DNA from: Candidatus Falkowella caecavicola
Lineage (GTDB): Bacteria; Bacillota; Clostridia; Oscillospirales; Ruminococcaceae
Assembly (NCBI GenBank): GCA_904420125.1
Contig: CAJFUK010000053.1
Span: forward strand, 1-64,000
Length of the DNA: 64,000 nucleotides
Reading direction: 5' to 3'
A program made the position numbers and the translations under genes. The first letter of the stretch is position 1; every line of letters starts with the position of its first letter. Shown one piece after another: positions 47,169-59,086 of the stretch. The notes beneath the pieces are model-generated. The model searched no databases. It saw only the letters and a list, made by a program, of their open reading frames with translations, and was not told the DNA's origin.

Positions 47169-48740
47169 ATGAACGGCGCTCAATTTAATGAGAAAATCGT
47201 TGAAGTATCAAAAACAATTTTTTCATATTGTATGGCAAAAACCCCGACACGCGAGGAAGCGGAGGATTTATGCCAGGATATCCTTTACGAGCTCGTAAAA
47301 TCATCCAAAAACATTCGAAACCAGGATGCATTTTATGGATTTATGTGGACTGTTGCCGGCAATGTATACAGACAATGGTGCAGAAAAAGAGCCAAAATCC
47401 GAACCTGTGAGTTGACGGATGATATCCCGGCAGAAGTCATCATAAACGATGATGAAAATACCGATATTTATTTTCTCAGAAGAGAGTTATCTTTACTTTC
47501 TGAAAAATATCGCCGCGCAACGATTCTGTATTACATTGACCGCAAGTCATGCGCTGAAATTGCACACATCCTTGCAATCAGCGAAAGCATGGTGAAATAT
47601 CTGCTTTTCAAATCCAGAAAAATATTGAAAGAAGGAATGAGTATGGAACGCAAGCTTGGCAGTCTGAGTTATAACCCTAAAATCTTTGTCCCGCTTTACA
47701 TGGGTTCCGGCCCCAATCATTTTTGGGACTTCATGCAAAGTAAAATCAGGCAGAATATTGTAAGCGCCTGTTATAACGATTCTTTAACAGCTGAGCAAAT
47801 CAGTCTTGAAACAGGCATACCGCTCCCCTATCTGGATGATGACATCAAGGCCCTTGTAGCCAAACAAATCCTCATAAAGGACGGGACCCACTACAAGGCG
47901 AATATCATTATTATCACATCGGAATGTACTGATGAAATCAACCGAAACGCGGCATCGTATCATCATAAAATTGCTGATAGCATCCGTCATTTTATTGAAA
48001 CAAATCTTGAAAATTTCAAGCAAATTAGTTTTACCGGTGCTGATTTTTCGGACAATACGCTGCATTGGCAATTGATGACTTTTGTATTGGCAGCAATCAC
48101 TCTTTTTCAGACCAATGTGCTCGACACAAACGACGCGTCTGAATTTCCTGAAACTGCCTGGGGCGATCACGCATATCTATGGCTTGTTGAAAAAGACAGC
48201 GGATTAAATAACCGTATATTTAATTTTTCACAGGAAAACAGCCGTCAGGGCGACCGCATCCATTTCTTCGATTATCTCCCGCATCCTAAAGGCGATCATC
48301 ACGATTTTTACGGTAATACACGGTATGTTAACATTCTTTGTGATATCGCGCGCGGTCATTTGGACAATGTCAGCGAATACGAGCTTGAGGCAGTTGCAGA
48401 GATGATCAGAAAAGGTTATGTTGTGAAAGAAAACAACACCTATCAAGTGACTATGCCGGTATTTACAATGGAACAATATGCTGAAGCGGTACAACTTGCC
48501 AGGAAATTTGTTTCTGAAAAACTCGGAGAGGTCATCCAGGAACTGGATCAGTTATCCATCAAAATATTAAACGAGCACACGCCTAAATATTTGCAAAAGC
48601 AAGTGCCTGGAATCGCTGGTGCGGACAGATTCGTTCATGCCGCCTGCATTCCCATCAGTATTCTGGTTGACAGAAAATTTTTAAATACAAATTGGAATCC
48701 GCTGGAAATGCCAACAACCTTTGTCGTTTTAAATCAGTAA
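47169..48740 (+). CDS. Sigma-70-family (ECF-like) sigma factor domain of about 170 aa fused to an uncharacterised C-terminal extension of about 350 aa.
   Basis: Region 2 / region 4 (ILYYIDRKSCAEIAHILAISESMVK) motifs at the N-terminus. GGAGG RBS. No recognisable domain in the extension. Confidence 0.6.
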   Translation: MNGAQFNEKIVEVSKTIFSYCMAKTPTREEAEDLCQDILYELVKSSKNIRNQDAFYGFMWTVAGNVYRQWCRKRAKIRTCELTDDIPAEVIINDDENTDIYFLRRELSLLSEKYRRATILYYIDRKSCAEIAHILAISESMVKYLLFKSRKILKEGMSMERKLGSLSYNPKIFVPLYMGSGPNHFWDFMQSKIRQNIVSACYNDSLTAEQISLETGIPLPYLDDDIKALVAKQILIKDGTHYKANIIIITSECTDEINRNAASYHHKIADSIRHFIETNLENFKQISFTGADFSDNTLHWQLMTFVLAAITLFQTNVLDTNDASEFPETAWGDHAYLWLVEKDSGLNNRIFNFSQENSRQGDRIHFFDYLPHPKGDHHDFYGNTRYVNILCDIARGHLDNVSEYELEAVAEMIRKGYVVKENNTYQVTMPVFTMEQYAEAVQLARKFVSEKLGEVIQELDQLSIKILNEHTPKYLQKQVPGIAGADRFVHAACIPISILVDRKFLNTNWNPLEMPTTFVVLNQ

Positions 48741-48745
48741 TACGC

Positions 48746-48782
48746 CGTTGCCGGGAGCTTAACAGCTCCCGGCATTTTTATG
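48746..48782 (+). terminator. Rho-independent terminator (GCCGGGAGCTTAACAGCTCCCGGC followed by ATTTTTAT).
   Basis: Read directly. Confidence 0.8.
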
Positions 48783-49136
48783 CGTAAAATGATCATCCTT
48801 TTTTATCATGACAGAAAATATTCAGGCCGGCATACCCTATCCCAACCTGCCGTCAGGTTGTTTTTTACCAAAGCCAACAAGGCCGAATCACAGGGTTTAC
48901 ATCCTAACATATATGCAGTATATAATTCGATTTGAATTTTTAAGATTCATTCCTGTATTTTGGAAAAATCGCTGATTATAGCTTGTTTTATCTTGACAAA
49001 AATTTAGAAAACGCTTATGATTAGAGTTGCAGAAGACAAATTTTTTCTGGATAAAGTCCATGTTTTACAGGCATACTTTTAATCCTGCAAATATTCGTGA
49101 TATCCATATTTTTCTATAAAGATAAAGGAGCGGCTT

Positions 49137-49934
49137 ATGGACGGACTTCATCCGCTGGTCTCTTCTCTGATCGGCACCGGTTTTACATTCCTGATGACAG
49201 CTGCGGGGGCAGCCCTGGTATTTTTCTTCCATGGAGAAATCAAACCGTTTTTTCAACGAGCCTTTCTGGGCTTTGCGGCAGGTGTCATGATTGCGGCATC
49301 TGTCTGGTCTCTTCTGATACCAGCGATGGAAATGGCCGATGAGCAGGGCACTGTCGCCTGGCTGCCCGCGGCAGGAGGCTTTATATTAGGCGGTTTATTC
49401 TTACGTACTTTGGATCATATCCTTCCCCATTTGCATCCCGGATCCCGCGACCCGGAAGGCATGCCGTCTTCCCTGAAGCGCACGACCATGCTCGTACTGG
49501 CGGTGACACTGCATAATATCCCGGAAGGGATGGCGGTTGGACTGTCTTTTGCCATGGTAACACAAAGCGGTGGATCCGTCCCGCTGGCTTCTGCTGTTGC
49601 GCTGGCCATTGGTATGGGGCTGCAAAACTTTCCGGAAGGAACAGCGATTTCCCTGCCCCTCCGGCAGGAAGGGCTTTCCAAAACGCGCGCTTTTGCATAT
49701 GGTGCTTTATCCGGCGTTGTAGAGCCGATCGGCGGTGTGTTGGCTGTACTGATCGCAGGTTCTATCGCACCGTTAATGCCCTGGCTGCTTTCCTTTGCCG
49801 CAGGCGCCATGATTTTTGTCGTCGCAGAGGAGCTGATACCGGAAGCGCACCTGGATGAGCATTCCCATGCTGGTACTTGTGGCGTTATGGCCGGATTTCT
49901 GGTGATGATGATTCTGGATGTTGCGCTGGGATGA
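49137..49934 (+). CDS. zupT: ZIP-family divalent metal (Zn/Fe) transporter (ZupT-like).
   Basis: HNIPEGMAVG signature and 8 TM segments. Confidence 0.8.
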   Translation: MDGLHPLVSSLIGTGFTFLMTAAGAALVFFFHGEIKPFFQRAFLGFAAGVMIAASVWSLLIPAMEMADEQGTVAWLPAAGGFILGGLFLRTLDHILPHLHPGSRDPEGMPSSLKRTTMLVLAVTLHNIPEGMAVGLSFAMVTQSGGSVPLASAVALAIGMGLQNFPEGTAISLPLRQEGLSKTRAFAYGALSGVVEPIGGVLAVLIAGSIAPLMPWLLSFAAGAMIFVVAEELIPEAHLDEHSHAGTCGVMAGFLVMMILDVALG

Positions 49935-49991
49935 AATCAGGCGGAGAATATCATAAAAAGACAGAATGAGAAAAAATAGAGAGGAACAAAC

Positions 49992-50741
49992 ATGTTAGAA
50001 CTCAAAAATATTTCCATGCAGGTGGAAAATCATAAAGAAATTTTAAAAAATATTAATCTGACAATTGATGATGCAAAATTTGTTGTCATCACCGGTCCAA
50101 ACGGCGGCGGAAAATCAACGCTTGCCAAAGTCATTGCCGGTATTGAACACCCGAATGAGGGAAAAATCTTTTTTAACGGCCGGGACATTACGGATATGAG
50201 TATCACAGAACGCGCCCGCCTTGGCATTGGATTTGCTTTTCAGCAGCCAGTGCGGTTTAAAGGGCTTACCGTACAGGATCTGGTCGAACTGGCGGCCGGA
50301 AAGCCCATGCAGGAAATGGAGTTGTGCCATTATCTCCGGGATGTCGGGCTTTGCGCGCGGGATTATATCCATCGGGAGGTCAATGCCAGCCTGTCCGGCG
50401 GGGAAATCAAACGAATCGAAATTGCCATGGCGCTTGCGCGCAAAGCGCAGCTTACGATTTTTGACGAACCGGAAGCAGGGATTGATCTTTGGAGCTTCAA
50501 TAATCTGATCAATGTGTTTAAAACCCTGCATCAGCAGATTCACGGATCCATTCTGATCATTTCTCATCAGGAACGGATTCTGGATATTGCGGATGAGATT
50601 ATTGTCCTGTCGGCTGGAACCGTGTCTGCGCACGGTAAAAGAGATGAAATTTTACCGGAATTACTTAGTGGCGGCGGCAGTTGCCGTTTCTGCCCGGATC
50701 TTGAGAGAACGAACGCAAACCCTGTTTTCGGAAAGGAATAA
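49992..50741 (+). CDS. sufC: Fe-S cluster assembly ATPase SufC.
   Basis: Walker A GPNGGGKST, ABC signature LSGGE, Walker B. Followed by a SufB/D-family gene. Confidence 0.85.
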   Translation: MLELKNISMQVENHKEILKNINLTIDDAKFVVITGPNGGGKSTLAKVIAGIEHPNEGKIFFNGRDITDMSITERARLGIGFAFQQPVRFKGLTVQDLVELAAGKPMQEMELCHYLRDVGLCARDYIHREVNASLSGGEIKRIEIAMALARKAQLTIFDEPEAGIDLWSFNNLINVFKTLHQQIHGSILIISHQERILDIADEIIVLSAGTVSAHGKRDEILPELLSGGGSCRFCPDLERTNANPVFGKE

Positions 50742-50746
50742 ACAGC

Positions 50747-51664
50747 ATGAAAAACGCAACGCAAAAACTGCTTGAAATGGTTTCGGATCTGTTCGGCACC
50801 CCGGAAGGCGCCTATAATATTCGGGAGGACGGGAGCTGTGCAGGCCGCCAGTCCACAGAAAATGTACAGATTAATCCGAAAGCGGATCAATCCGGAATTG
50901 ATATCATTGTTAAGGCGGGGACGCCGGGTGAAAAAATCTATATTCCCGCATGTATCACCCATGGCAATGTCAACGACCTGGTCTATAACGACTTTTTTAT
51001 CGGAGAGAATGCGGACGTAACAATCGTGGCGGGATGCGGCGTGCATAATGAGGGAGAAGAGGATTCTCAGCACAACGGTATTCATCGCTTCTTTGTCGGA
51101 AAAAATGCGCGGGTCGTCTATCTGGAAAAACATATCGGAACCGGCAATGGGACCGGCAAGCGGATTATTAATCCACAAACCTATGTCGAGCTGGACGAAA
51201 ACGCCTATATGGAAATGGATACCATGCAAATCCGTGGGGTGGATTCCACAGTCAGAGAATCCAAAGCGCTTCTGAAAGGCGGGGCCAAATTAATCATCAA
51301 GGAAAAACTGATGACCCATGGAGACCAGTACGCGGAAACCAATTTTGAAGTAGACGCTAACGGAGAAGACTGCGGCGTAGATCTGATTTCCCGTTCTGTC
51401 GCGCGGGATCACTCTAAACAGGTTTTCCGTTCTAAAATCAACGGAAATACCCGCTGCACAGGACATTCTGCCTGCGATGCCATTATTATGGACAGCGGGA
51501 TTGTCAGCGCGATTCCGGAACTGACGGCCAACCATGTAGACGCTGCCCTGATCCATGAAGCCGCAATTGGAAAAATTGCCGGAGAACAGCTGATTAAATT
51601 AATGACGCTTGGACTAACCGAAGAAGAAGCTGAAGCAAAAATCATTGACGGATTTTTAAAGTAA
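50747..51664 (+). CDS. sufB: SufB/SufD-family Fe-S assembly protein (short form).
   Basis: SufBD beta-helix region similarity. Coupled to sufC. Confidence 0.7.
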   Translation: MKNATQKLLEMVSDLFGTPEGAYNIREDGSCAGRQSTENVQINPKADQSGIDIIVKAGTPGEKIYIPACITHGNVNDLVYNDFFIGENADVTIVAGCGVHNEGEEDSQHNGIHRFFVGKNARVVYLEKHIGTGNGTGKRIINPQTYVELDENAYMEMDTMQIRGVDSTVRESKALLKGGAKLIIKEKLMTHGDQYAETNFEVDANGEDCGVDLISRSVARDHSKQVFRSKINGNTRCTGHSACDAIIMDSGIVSAIPELTANHVDAALIHEAAIGKIAGEQLIKLMTLGLTEEEAEAKIIDGFLK

Positions 51665-51682
51665 ACAAAGGGAGGAGAAATC

Positions 51683-53200
51683 ATGCTTTACCGCAATCCA
51701 ATTATTCCAGGGTTCAACCCTGATCCGAGCATCTGTCGTAAAGGAGACGACTTTTATCTGGTCACCTCGACCTTTGAGTTTTTTCCGGGTGTGCCGGTAT
51801 ATCACAGCAAAAACCTGGTAAACTGGGAGCATATTGGATATTGCCTGGATCGGGATTCCCAACTGCCCCTGCAGGGCTGCTGGCCTTCAGCCGGTATTTA
51901 TGCACCGACGATCCGTTATCATGAGGGCATGTTTTATATGACCACCACCAATGTCAGCGGCGGCGGCAACTTTATTGTACATACCGAAGACCCGGCCAAA
52001 GGCTGGTCGGAACCGGCCTGGGTGCACGGACAGGGCGGCATCGACCCTTCCCTTTTCTTCGACGATGACGGCAAAGTATACTTCACCTCGACCGGCGAAG
52101 ATGAAAACGGTTCGGGGATCCGAATCTGCGAACTCAACCCCATGACCGGAGAACTGCTGTCCGATTCCATCCTCCTTTCCCACGGTACCGGCGGAAAATG
52201 CCCGGAAGCACCGCATATTTATAAGATCAATGGCTATTATTATCTGATGATGGCCGAAGGCGGCACAGAATACGGACATATGGAAACCATCTTCCGAGCC
52301 AAAAATCCCTATGGACCTTATGAGTCCTGTCCGCATAATCCAATTATCACCCAGCGCAATACCTGCGGTACCCCTATTCAGGCCACCGGGCATGCCGATA
52401 TCATTGAAGACGGGAATGGAAACTGGTGGATGGTCTGCCTGGGAATTCGCCCAATCGGCGCGCAGCTCCACAATCTGGGCCGCGAAACCTTCCTGGTGCC
52501 GGTTATTTGGGAAAACGGCTGGCCGGTTGTCGTCAACAATGAACCTTTGGGTCTGGAAATCGACGCGCCTTTGCCCTATCCGGAAACAGTGCGGCCGGTT
52601 TGCCTGGATCTGGAGGAAAATTTTGATGGAAGCAGTTGGAACGTCGCGTTTAATTTTCTGCGCAATCCACAGCGTGAAAATTATAGACTGGACACGCAGA
52701 ATCACTGCCTGCATCTGCAGGGTACAGAAAAGCGATTGTCAGATTCGTCTACCAATCCCACATTTATGGGCGTGCGCCAACAGGATCATAACACCTGCGT
52801 TACATCGGTGCTGACCGGGGAACTGGCGGAGGGCGGCGCCGCCGGCCTGTCCGCTTATTATACCCACTGTTATCATTATGATATCTGCTTACAGAAAAAA
52901 GACGGCGTCTATCAGGTTGCCGTTCGCAGAAGGCTGCACGATCTGGATCTTGTCACCGCCTGCACCCCGATTGCTTATAATGGAAAAATTGAGCTGAAAA
53001 TACAGGCCGCCAAAGATTTTTACCAATTCAGCTACCGGCTGGACGACGGAGAATTTATTCCGCTTGATTCGGCGATGACTGCTGGTCTGTGTACGGAGGG
53101 CCTTTATTTCAATACCTTTACCGGTACCTATATCGGCATGTTTGCGGAAAATACAGAAGCGGTATTTGACAGTTTCCATACCACACAGCCCGTCCGCTGA
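51683..53200 (+). CDS. Glycoside hydrolase family 43 (beta-xylosidase/alpha-L-arabinofuranosidase) with a C-terminal beta-sandwich domain.
   Basis: NPIIPGFNPDPSI N-terminal catalytic-base motif. Confidence 0.85.
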   Translation: MLYRNPIIPGFNPDPSICRKGDDFYLVTSTFEFFPGVPVYHSKNLVNWEHIGYCLDRDSQLPLQGCWPSAGIYAPTIRYHEGMFYMTTTNVSGGGNFIVHTEDPAKGWSEPAWVHGQGGIDPSLFFDDDGKVYFTSTGEDENGSGIRICELNPMTGELLSDSILLSHGTGGKCPEAPHIYKINGYYYLMMAEGGTEYGHMETIFRAKNPYGPYESCPHNPIITQRNTCGTPIQATGHADIIEDGNGNWWMVCLGIRPIGAQLHNLGRETFLVPVIWENGWPVVVNNEPLGLEIDAPLPYPETVRPVCLDLEENFDGSSWNVAFNFLRNPQRENYRLDTQNHCLHLQGTEKRLSDSSTNPTFMGVRQQDHNTCVTSVLTGELAEGGAAGLSAYYTHCYHYDICLQKKDGVYQVAVRRRLHDLDLVTACTPIAYNGKIELKIQAAKDFYQFSYRLDDGEFIPLDSAMTAGLCTEGLYFNTFTGTYIGMFAENTEAVFDSFHTTQPVR

Positions 53201-53221
53201 TATCATACTGCTTTTAATACA

Positions 53222-53262
53222 AAAGGCCGTTGCTTGGGATAAAGCAACGGCCTTTTTGGGGC
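53222..53262. terminator. Bidirectional terminator (AAAAGGCCGTTGCTT...AAGCAACGGCCTTTTT).
   Basis: Perfect inverted repeat flanked by T/A runs. Confidence 0.8.
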
Positions 53263-54309
53263 TTAATCATTTTGATCTATATATAAATGCATGGGCCAGG
53301 ACAGATATTCCAGCTGATCCAGCTTTTCTGCCGTAATATATCCAGTGGGCGCATTTAAAATTGTCGGGATCCGATTGACAACAGAGGCACAGGTGTGTTC
53401 CACGGTTGCCGGTTTGGTCACATAAAAAGTCGTATCCGGCTCGCCTATTATTTTCCAGTCACACATATCCCCATCATCCGGTCCATATACTTTGCCAATG
53501 CACTGTGTCTCGATGACGGGTCCCTGGAAGGTTTCCGTGGTAACCACTGCGCTCATACCAATACAGTTACCTTTTGGAATCGTCTTACCCAGGGTGGCAG
53601 AGTATAAATCCTGATCATAGAAATACGGAATACATTTCTGACTGGTTTTCTTGATGGTCCAGCCCATCCGGTTACAGAGCGCTTCATTAGAATTCCATAC
53701 ATAAGCGGGTTCCAGGGTAGTAGGATGCGCAATTTTCTCCTCAAATTCCTCTGGGGTCAAACCAACGCCGTGTGCATTGGCTAAAGCGAGCCCATAATCT
53801 TCGACATTATAACTGACCGCACCCTCAATCCGATCGATCCGGTGTACGGCGCCAGCCACAGCGCCAATCCAGTTAATCCAAAATACATCCTGCATACCGG
53901 TGCCGGTAATCGTGCAGTTATTTTCTTTTGCCAGCCTGTCCAAACGATTCGTAATCGCCGCACTGGTCGTCCAGGGATAAATCGCTTCCTCGCATGTTGT
54001 CACAACGCTGATTCCGCGGGACAGGCATCGTTCCAGGCACTCCAGCATATCCGGCATAAAGCTGAAGAGCGTGACCACTGCAATATCTGCGTCGCACGCA
54101 TCCAGAACGGCATCCGCATCACTGCGGATCGGTACCTGCAGTTTCACACCCAGCTCAGCATAGTCTCCCACATCCATGCCGAGAATATCCGGATTGATAT
54201 CGATCGCACCCACGATTTCAGCACCCTTTTCATAGAGATAGCGAAGTGTATACTTGGCCATCTTTCCGCATCCATATTGTACTACCCGAATCTTTTCACG
54301 GTTCATCAT
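53263..54309 (-). CDS. DapB-like NAD(P)-binding oxidoreductase (dihydrodipicolinate-reductase-fold family that includes amine dehydrogenases and 2,4-diaminopentanoate dehydrogenase).
   Basis: N-terminal Rossmann motif [10 protein letters not shown] and family-like length. Start placed at the internal Met. Confidence 0.5.
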   Translation of the reverse strand: MMNREKIRVVQYGCGKMAKYTLRYLYEKGAEIVGAIDINPDILGMDVGDYAELGVKLQVPIRSDADAVLDACDADIAVVTLFSFMPDMLECLERCLSRGISVVTTCEEAIYPWTTSAAITNRLDRLAKENNCTITGTGMQDVFWINWIGAVAGAVHRIDRIEGAVSYNVEDYGLALANAHGVGLTPEEFEEKIAHPTTLEPAYVWNSNEALCNRMGWTIKKTSQKCIPYFYDQDLYSATLGKTIPKGNCIGMSAVVTTETFQGPVIETQCIGKVYGPDDGDMCDWKIIGEPDTTFYVTKPATVEHTCASVVNRIPTILNAPTGYITAEKLDQLEYLSWPMHLYIDQND

Positions 54310-54741
54310 AGCATCCCTCTCTTTTGTTGATTGCACGCAATTCTGCAAAAAGCCAGTCCGTCTTCTGACTGTTCTGCGGTGTTTGCGTCCTTATGGAACA
54401 GCATGTGCATCTCCAGGTCATCCCCAGGCATCGGCTGGTTCAGAAAAATGGCCGGATGGCCATGACGGAGTATGCTTTCATAGTTTTCCAAATCATGGGG
54501 ATAAAATACATATCCAAGATAATCATCTTGGATATATGGAAATATTCCATGTTTCAAAATGGGTTCACCGATGCCTCTGATCCGATGGCATGGGTTCCTC
54601 CACTTTGTATTTTTTCGACCGGCATGTCGCACAGCGGCTTTTTGCAAAAAACTTCCGGTCAAACCATGTCATTCATATCCCTGCTGGTATGGGTGTAGAT
54701 CCGACCGTTATCATTCCTCATATGGATATCCCGCATACCGC

Positions 54742-54790
54742 TAGGCCCTAGACACAAAAATGGATGGAGCAAATGCTCCATCCATTTTTG
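54742..54790. terminator. 19-bp perfect inverted repeat hairpin (ACACAAAAATGGATGGAGC-aaat-GCTCCATCCATTTTTGTGT) downstream of clpB.
   Basis: Read directly. Confidence 0.6.
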
Positions 54791-54799
54791 TGTCCGTGT

Positions 54800-57412
54800 T
54801 TAGCTGTTTTCCTGTGCCGTTATGATCAGGTCTGTACCGTTATAATCTACAACCAGGGTTGTACGCGGTTTTAATGTCCCGCCGATGATCATTTTAGCGA
54901 TTAAGGTTTCTACCCTGCTCTGGAGAAAACGTTTCAGGGGACGTGCTCCGTAAACCGGATCATAACCCTGTTCTACAATATATTCTTTTGCCGCACTGGT
55001 TAATGTGACAGAAAGCTGTTTTTCCTCCAGCCGCCGTTGGAGATCCTGCAGAAGCAGGTCTACAATCCGGTCAATTTCATCTCGTCTTAAGGGCTTATAG
55101 AAAACGATTTCATCCAGACGGTTCAAAAATTCCGGTCGGAACTGTTGTTTCAACAAATCCTCTACCTGCTGACGTGCCTGCTGACTGATTTCCCCATTAT
55201 CCTGAATGCCCTCCAGAATATAGCTGGATCCCAAATTGGAAGTCAAAATAATAATGGTATTTTTGAAATCCACCGTGCGTCCCTGGGAATCAGTGATCCG
55301 CCCGTCATCCAGCACCTGTAACAGAATATTAAAGACATCCGGGTGTGCTTTTTCTACCTCATCGAACAAAACAACGGAATAAGGTTTGCGGCGCACTGCT
55401 TCTGTCAGCTGTCCGCCCTCCTCGTAGCCCACATATCCGGGAGGCGCTCCGATCAGCCGGGAGACTGAATATTTCTCCATATATTCGGTCATGTCAATCC
55501 GGACCATATTATGTTCATCATCAAATAATGTCTGTGCCAGCGCTTTCGCCAGTTCCGTCTTACCGACACCGGTTGGGCCAAGGAAAAGGAAGGAACCGAT
55601 TGGCCGGTTCGGGTCCTGAATACCCGCACGGGAACGAAGAATCGCCTGACTGACTTTTTCGACTGCCTCGTCTTGTCCAATGACCCGTTCATGCAGGATT
55701 GTATCCAGTTTCAGCAGTTTTTCCCGTTCTCCCTCCATGAGTTTGGCAACCGGGATACCGGTCCAGCGTGCAATAATCCGGGCAATCTCTTCATCTGTGA
55801 CACGGTCCCGAAGCAGGGAATCATGTCCCTGACTTTCTTCTGCAATCCGTTCTTCCTCCGCTAATTCTTTGGTCAACTGGGGCAGACGGCCATATTTATA
55901 CTCGGCCGCTTTTTCCAGATCATACCGGGCCTGTGCCTTTTCAATTTCAGCGTTGACCTGTTCGATCTCTTCCCGCAGTTTCTGTACTTTGGAAATCGCC
56001 TGTTTCTCGTTTTCCCATTTGGCCTTCATCTCTTTAAAACGGGCGCGCTGGTCTGCCAATTCTTTCTGGATTTCCTGCAGGTGCTCCTGAGACAACGCAT
56101 CCGTCTCTTTTTTCAGCGCCGCCTCTTCAATTTCATGCTGCATAATCTGGCGGGAAATTTCATCCAGCTCGGTGGGCATCGAGTCAATCTCTGTTCTGAC
56201 CATTGCGCATGCCTCGTCAACCAGATCAATGGCCTTATCCGGCAGGAATCGGTCGGAAATATACCGGTTGGAAAGGACTGCTGCCGCAATCAGCGCCTGG
56301 TCCTGAATTTTTACCCCATGGAAAACCTCATAGCGTTCCTTCAAACCACGCAGAATCGAAATCGTATCCGCCACTGTCGGCTCATCGACCATAACCGGTT
56401 GGAACCGGCGTTCCAGTGCCGCGTCCTTCTCAATGTACTGATGGTATTCGTTGAGGGTGGTAGCGCCGATACAATGCAGCTCGCCGCGAGCCAGAAGGGG
56501 TTTTAAAAGGTTGCCTGCATCCATTGCGCCTTCGGTCTTTCCGGCTCCCACAATGGTATGCAGCTCATCAATAAACAGAATAATTTTTCCTTCACTTTTT
56601 TTGACTTCATTTAAAACCGCCTTCAGCCGCTCTTCAAATTCTCCCCGAAACTTCGCGCCGGCGATTAAAGAACCCATATCCAGTGAAAACAGCTTACGGT
56701 CTTTCAGATTATTCGGCACATCTCCCCGGACAATCCGCAGTGCCAGTCCTTCTGCAATTGCTGTTTTACCAACACCCGGTTCACCAATCAGGACAGGATT
56801 ATTTTTGGTTTTCCTGGAAAGAATCCTGATCACATTTCGGATTTCCGTGTCCCGTCCAATGACAGGATCCAGCTTGTGATTCCGCGCCAATTCAACCAGA
56901 TCCTGCCCGTATTTGGAAAGCGCATCATAGGTTTCTTCGGGTGTATCACTGGTGATTCGGACATTTCCCCGGACCGTCGAAAGGACGGAAAGGAACTTGT
57001 TTTTATCTACGCCAAACTGTCTGAAGATTTCTTTGAGTACAGAATTGGCCTGATCAAGCAGCGCGATCATCAGATGTTCAACCGATACATACTCATCCTT
57101 CATTCGGGCAGCCTCTTTTTCAGCTGCATTCAGTACAGTATCCACATCCTGCGCAATATAAATCTTGCCACTTTCCCGACCCGGACCGGTTACGCCCGGA
57201 ATCTTCTGCAACTTTTCCTCTACAGCGTGAAGAAAAGCGGAAACATCCATCCCCATTTTCACCAGCAGCTGTGGAATCAGACCATCCTGTTGACTCAGCA
57301 GTGCATACAGCAAATGCTGCTGTTCAATTTGCATATGATGATATTCAATCGCTGTGTTCTGCGCCTCTTGAATTGCCTCCAGCGATTTTTTTGTAAATTT
57401 TTGAGCATCCAT
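54800..57412 (-). CDS. clpB: ATP-dependent chaperone ClpB (two AAA+ modules, long middle coiled-coil, N-terminal Clp repeat).
   Basis: Two Walker A motifs ([16 protein letters not shown]), length of 870 aa, coiled-coil M-domain. Confidence 0.9.
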   Translation of the reverse strand: MDAQKFTKKSLEAIQEAQNTAIEYHHMQIEQQHLLYALLSQQDGLIPQLLVKMGMDVSAFLHAVEEKLQKIPGVTGPGRESGKIYIAQDVDTVLNAAEKEAARMKDEYVSVEHLMIALLDQANSVLKEIFRQFGVDKNKFLSVLSTVRGNVRITSDTPEETYDALSKYGQDLVELARNHKLDPVIGRDTEIRNVIRILSRKTKNNPVLIGEPGVGKTAIAEGLALRIVRGDVPNNLKDRKLFSLDMGSLIAGAKFRGEFEERLKAVLNEVKKSEGKIILFIDELHTIVGAGKTEGAMDAGNLLKPLLARGELHCIGATTLNEYHQYIEKDAALERRFQPVMVDEPTVADTISILRGLKERYEVFHGVKIQDQALIAAAVLSNRYISDRFLPDKAIDLVDEACAMVRTEIDSMPTELDEISRQIMQHEIEEAALKKETDALSQEHLQEIQKELADQRARFKEMKAKWENEKQAISKVQKLREEIEQVNAEIEKAQARYDLEKAAEYKYGRLPQLTKELAEEERIAEESQGHDSLLRDRVTDEEIARIIARWTGIPVAKLMEGEREKLLKLDTILHERVIGQDEAVEKVSQAILRSRAGIQDPNRPIGSFLFLGPTGVGKTELAKALAQTLFDDEHNMVRIDMTEYMEKYSVSRLIGAPPGYVGYEEGGQLTEAVRRKPYSVVLFDEVEKAHPDVFNILLQVLDDGRITDSQGRTVDFKNTIIILTSNLGSSYILEGIQDNGEISQQARQQVEDLLKQQFRPEFLNRLDEIVFYKPLRRDEIDRIVDLLLQDLQRRLEEKQLSVTLTSAAKEYIVEQGYDPVYGARPLKRFLQSRVETLIAKMIIGGTLKPRTTLVVDYNGTDLIITAQENS

Positions 57413-57652
57413 ATGTTTTCCTCCTCTATCCCTGCAAAGACGGATCTTTGCATTTCAATGTATATCAAATTAAACTTTGACTTTCTTTGATCTTTATATG
57501 TATTATAACCCATAATTATGAACTTTTTGTGAACAAATAAGATTTTTTTCATTTTCTTTGATTTGCAAAAAAATATGATCTGTGTTATAATATTTTTTGT
57601 ACAAATTTTTATCATGTTGCGCCAGATCAACAGGCGGGAGGTAAATGATATG

Positions 57653-58366
57653 AATTTCTTCTATGATCTGCATCTGCATTCCTGTCTGTCTCCCTGCGGC
57701 GATCAGGATATGACGCCGTATAATCTGGTCCATATGGCCCAATTGCTGGGGTATGATCTGATTGCGCTTACGGACCATAACACCACCCGAAACTGTCGGG
57801 CTGCGCTGGAAGTCGGAAAGGCATCCGGCATGACAGTGATCCCTGGAATGGAACTTTGTACAGCGGAAGAAATCCATATGATCTGCCTGTTTGAAGCGCT
57901 GGAAAGTGCGGAACAGTTTGGCGCATTTGTTCGGGAGCGGATTCCCCCGGTTTCAAACCGGCCCGAAGTATTTGGGGCACAGCTTCTGATGGATGCAGAA
58001 GACCGGGTCCTCGGTGAAGAAGAACTGCTTTTAGTCACTGCCTCCTCCATCAGTATCGAGGACCTTCCCGACCTGATGCCGGCATATGGAGGTATCTGCT
58101 ATCCAGCGCATATTGATCGCGCTTCCTATAGTATTATATCGAGCCTGGGTGTCTTTCCGGAACATTTATGTTTCTCTGCGGCGGAAATCAGCCCTTTGGG
58201 AAACCGGCAGAAATTGATCGAACAGCATCCTGTATTAAATCAACTGCGCTTGATCACCAGTTCGGATGCACACCATCTAGAACATATGCCGGATCCCACC
58301 CATCAGATTGCATTAGATGAACTATCCGCCGCTTGCCTGATTCGCACACTTCGGCAGACTGTCTGA
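57653..58366 (+). CDS. PHP-domain metal-dependent phosphoesterase.
   Basis: DLHLHSCLSPCGD PHP motif I. GGGAGG RBS. Confidence 0.75.
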   Translation, partial: NFFYDLHLHSCLSPCGDQDMTPYNLVHMAQLLGYDLIALTDHNTTRNCRAALEVGKASGMTVIPGMELCTAEEIHMICLFEALESAEQFGAFVRERIPPVSNRPEVFGAQLLMDAEDRVLGEEELLLVTASSISIEDLPDLMPAYGGICYPAHIDRASYSIISSLGVFPEHLCFSAAEISPLGNRQKLIEQHPVLNQLRLITSSDAHHLEHMPDPTHQIALDELSAACLIRTLRQTV

Positions 58367-59086
58367 CCGGCTGATAGATTTTTTCCGCGCTTTAAACGAC
58401 ATTTGATCATTTTATGCGTAGAATGAACAAGTGGACTGTTGCTCTCACCTGGAACCAGGTATGAGTTTTAAGCTTCAGCTTCCCGTTTGTCCACTATTCG
58501 TATTGGCACTATTTTTATTGATTTTATAGCTGAAAAACTCTTTTTAACTTCCCGCAGGTGTTGATACCCCCGTAAAAACCGCTTTAAATAAAGGTTTTTG
58601 GCATATTTCCATATGTCTTAATGTATCTCCATATATAATGGGTTTGTAAGGTTGGGCATCATTTTGGCACCACAGAAAAATGTATCTGCAACACCATATA
58701 GCGTTAACACGCGTACAATATAAGATTTGTCATCTCGCTTTTCTCATTGTGTTACCAATTAGAGACAGAATAAGCGTTGAAATAGAGGCTTTAGAGGTGT
58801 GATGATTCAGTGGCAAAGAATGGATACCTTTTTCTTCAAAATCACTCTTTCACTGGGTAACATTTCAAACAACATCAAGATGATTGTCGCGATGTCATCC
58901 CCTTCTTTTCCATAAATCCTCCAGAAAAAAATATGGCACAGAGCAATCAAGAAAGAAAAGGACTATAAAAGTTCCGTAGCAAATATAGGAAAAGGGTACC
59001 CTTTCCGTAAAGTCTTCGACCATCAATTTGATTTTTGCTTATTTGGAATATCCCAACCCCTTTAGCAAACTGGAAGTTATGAAATA

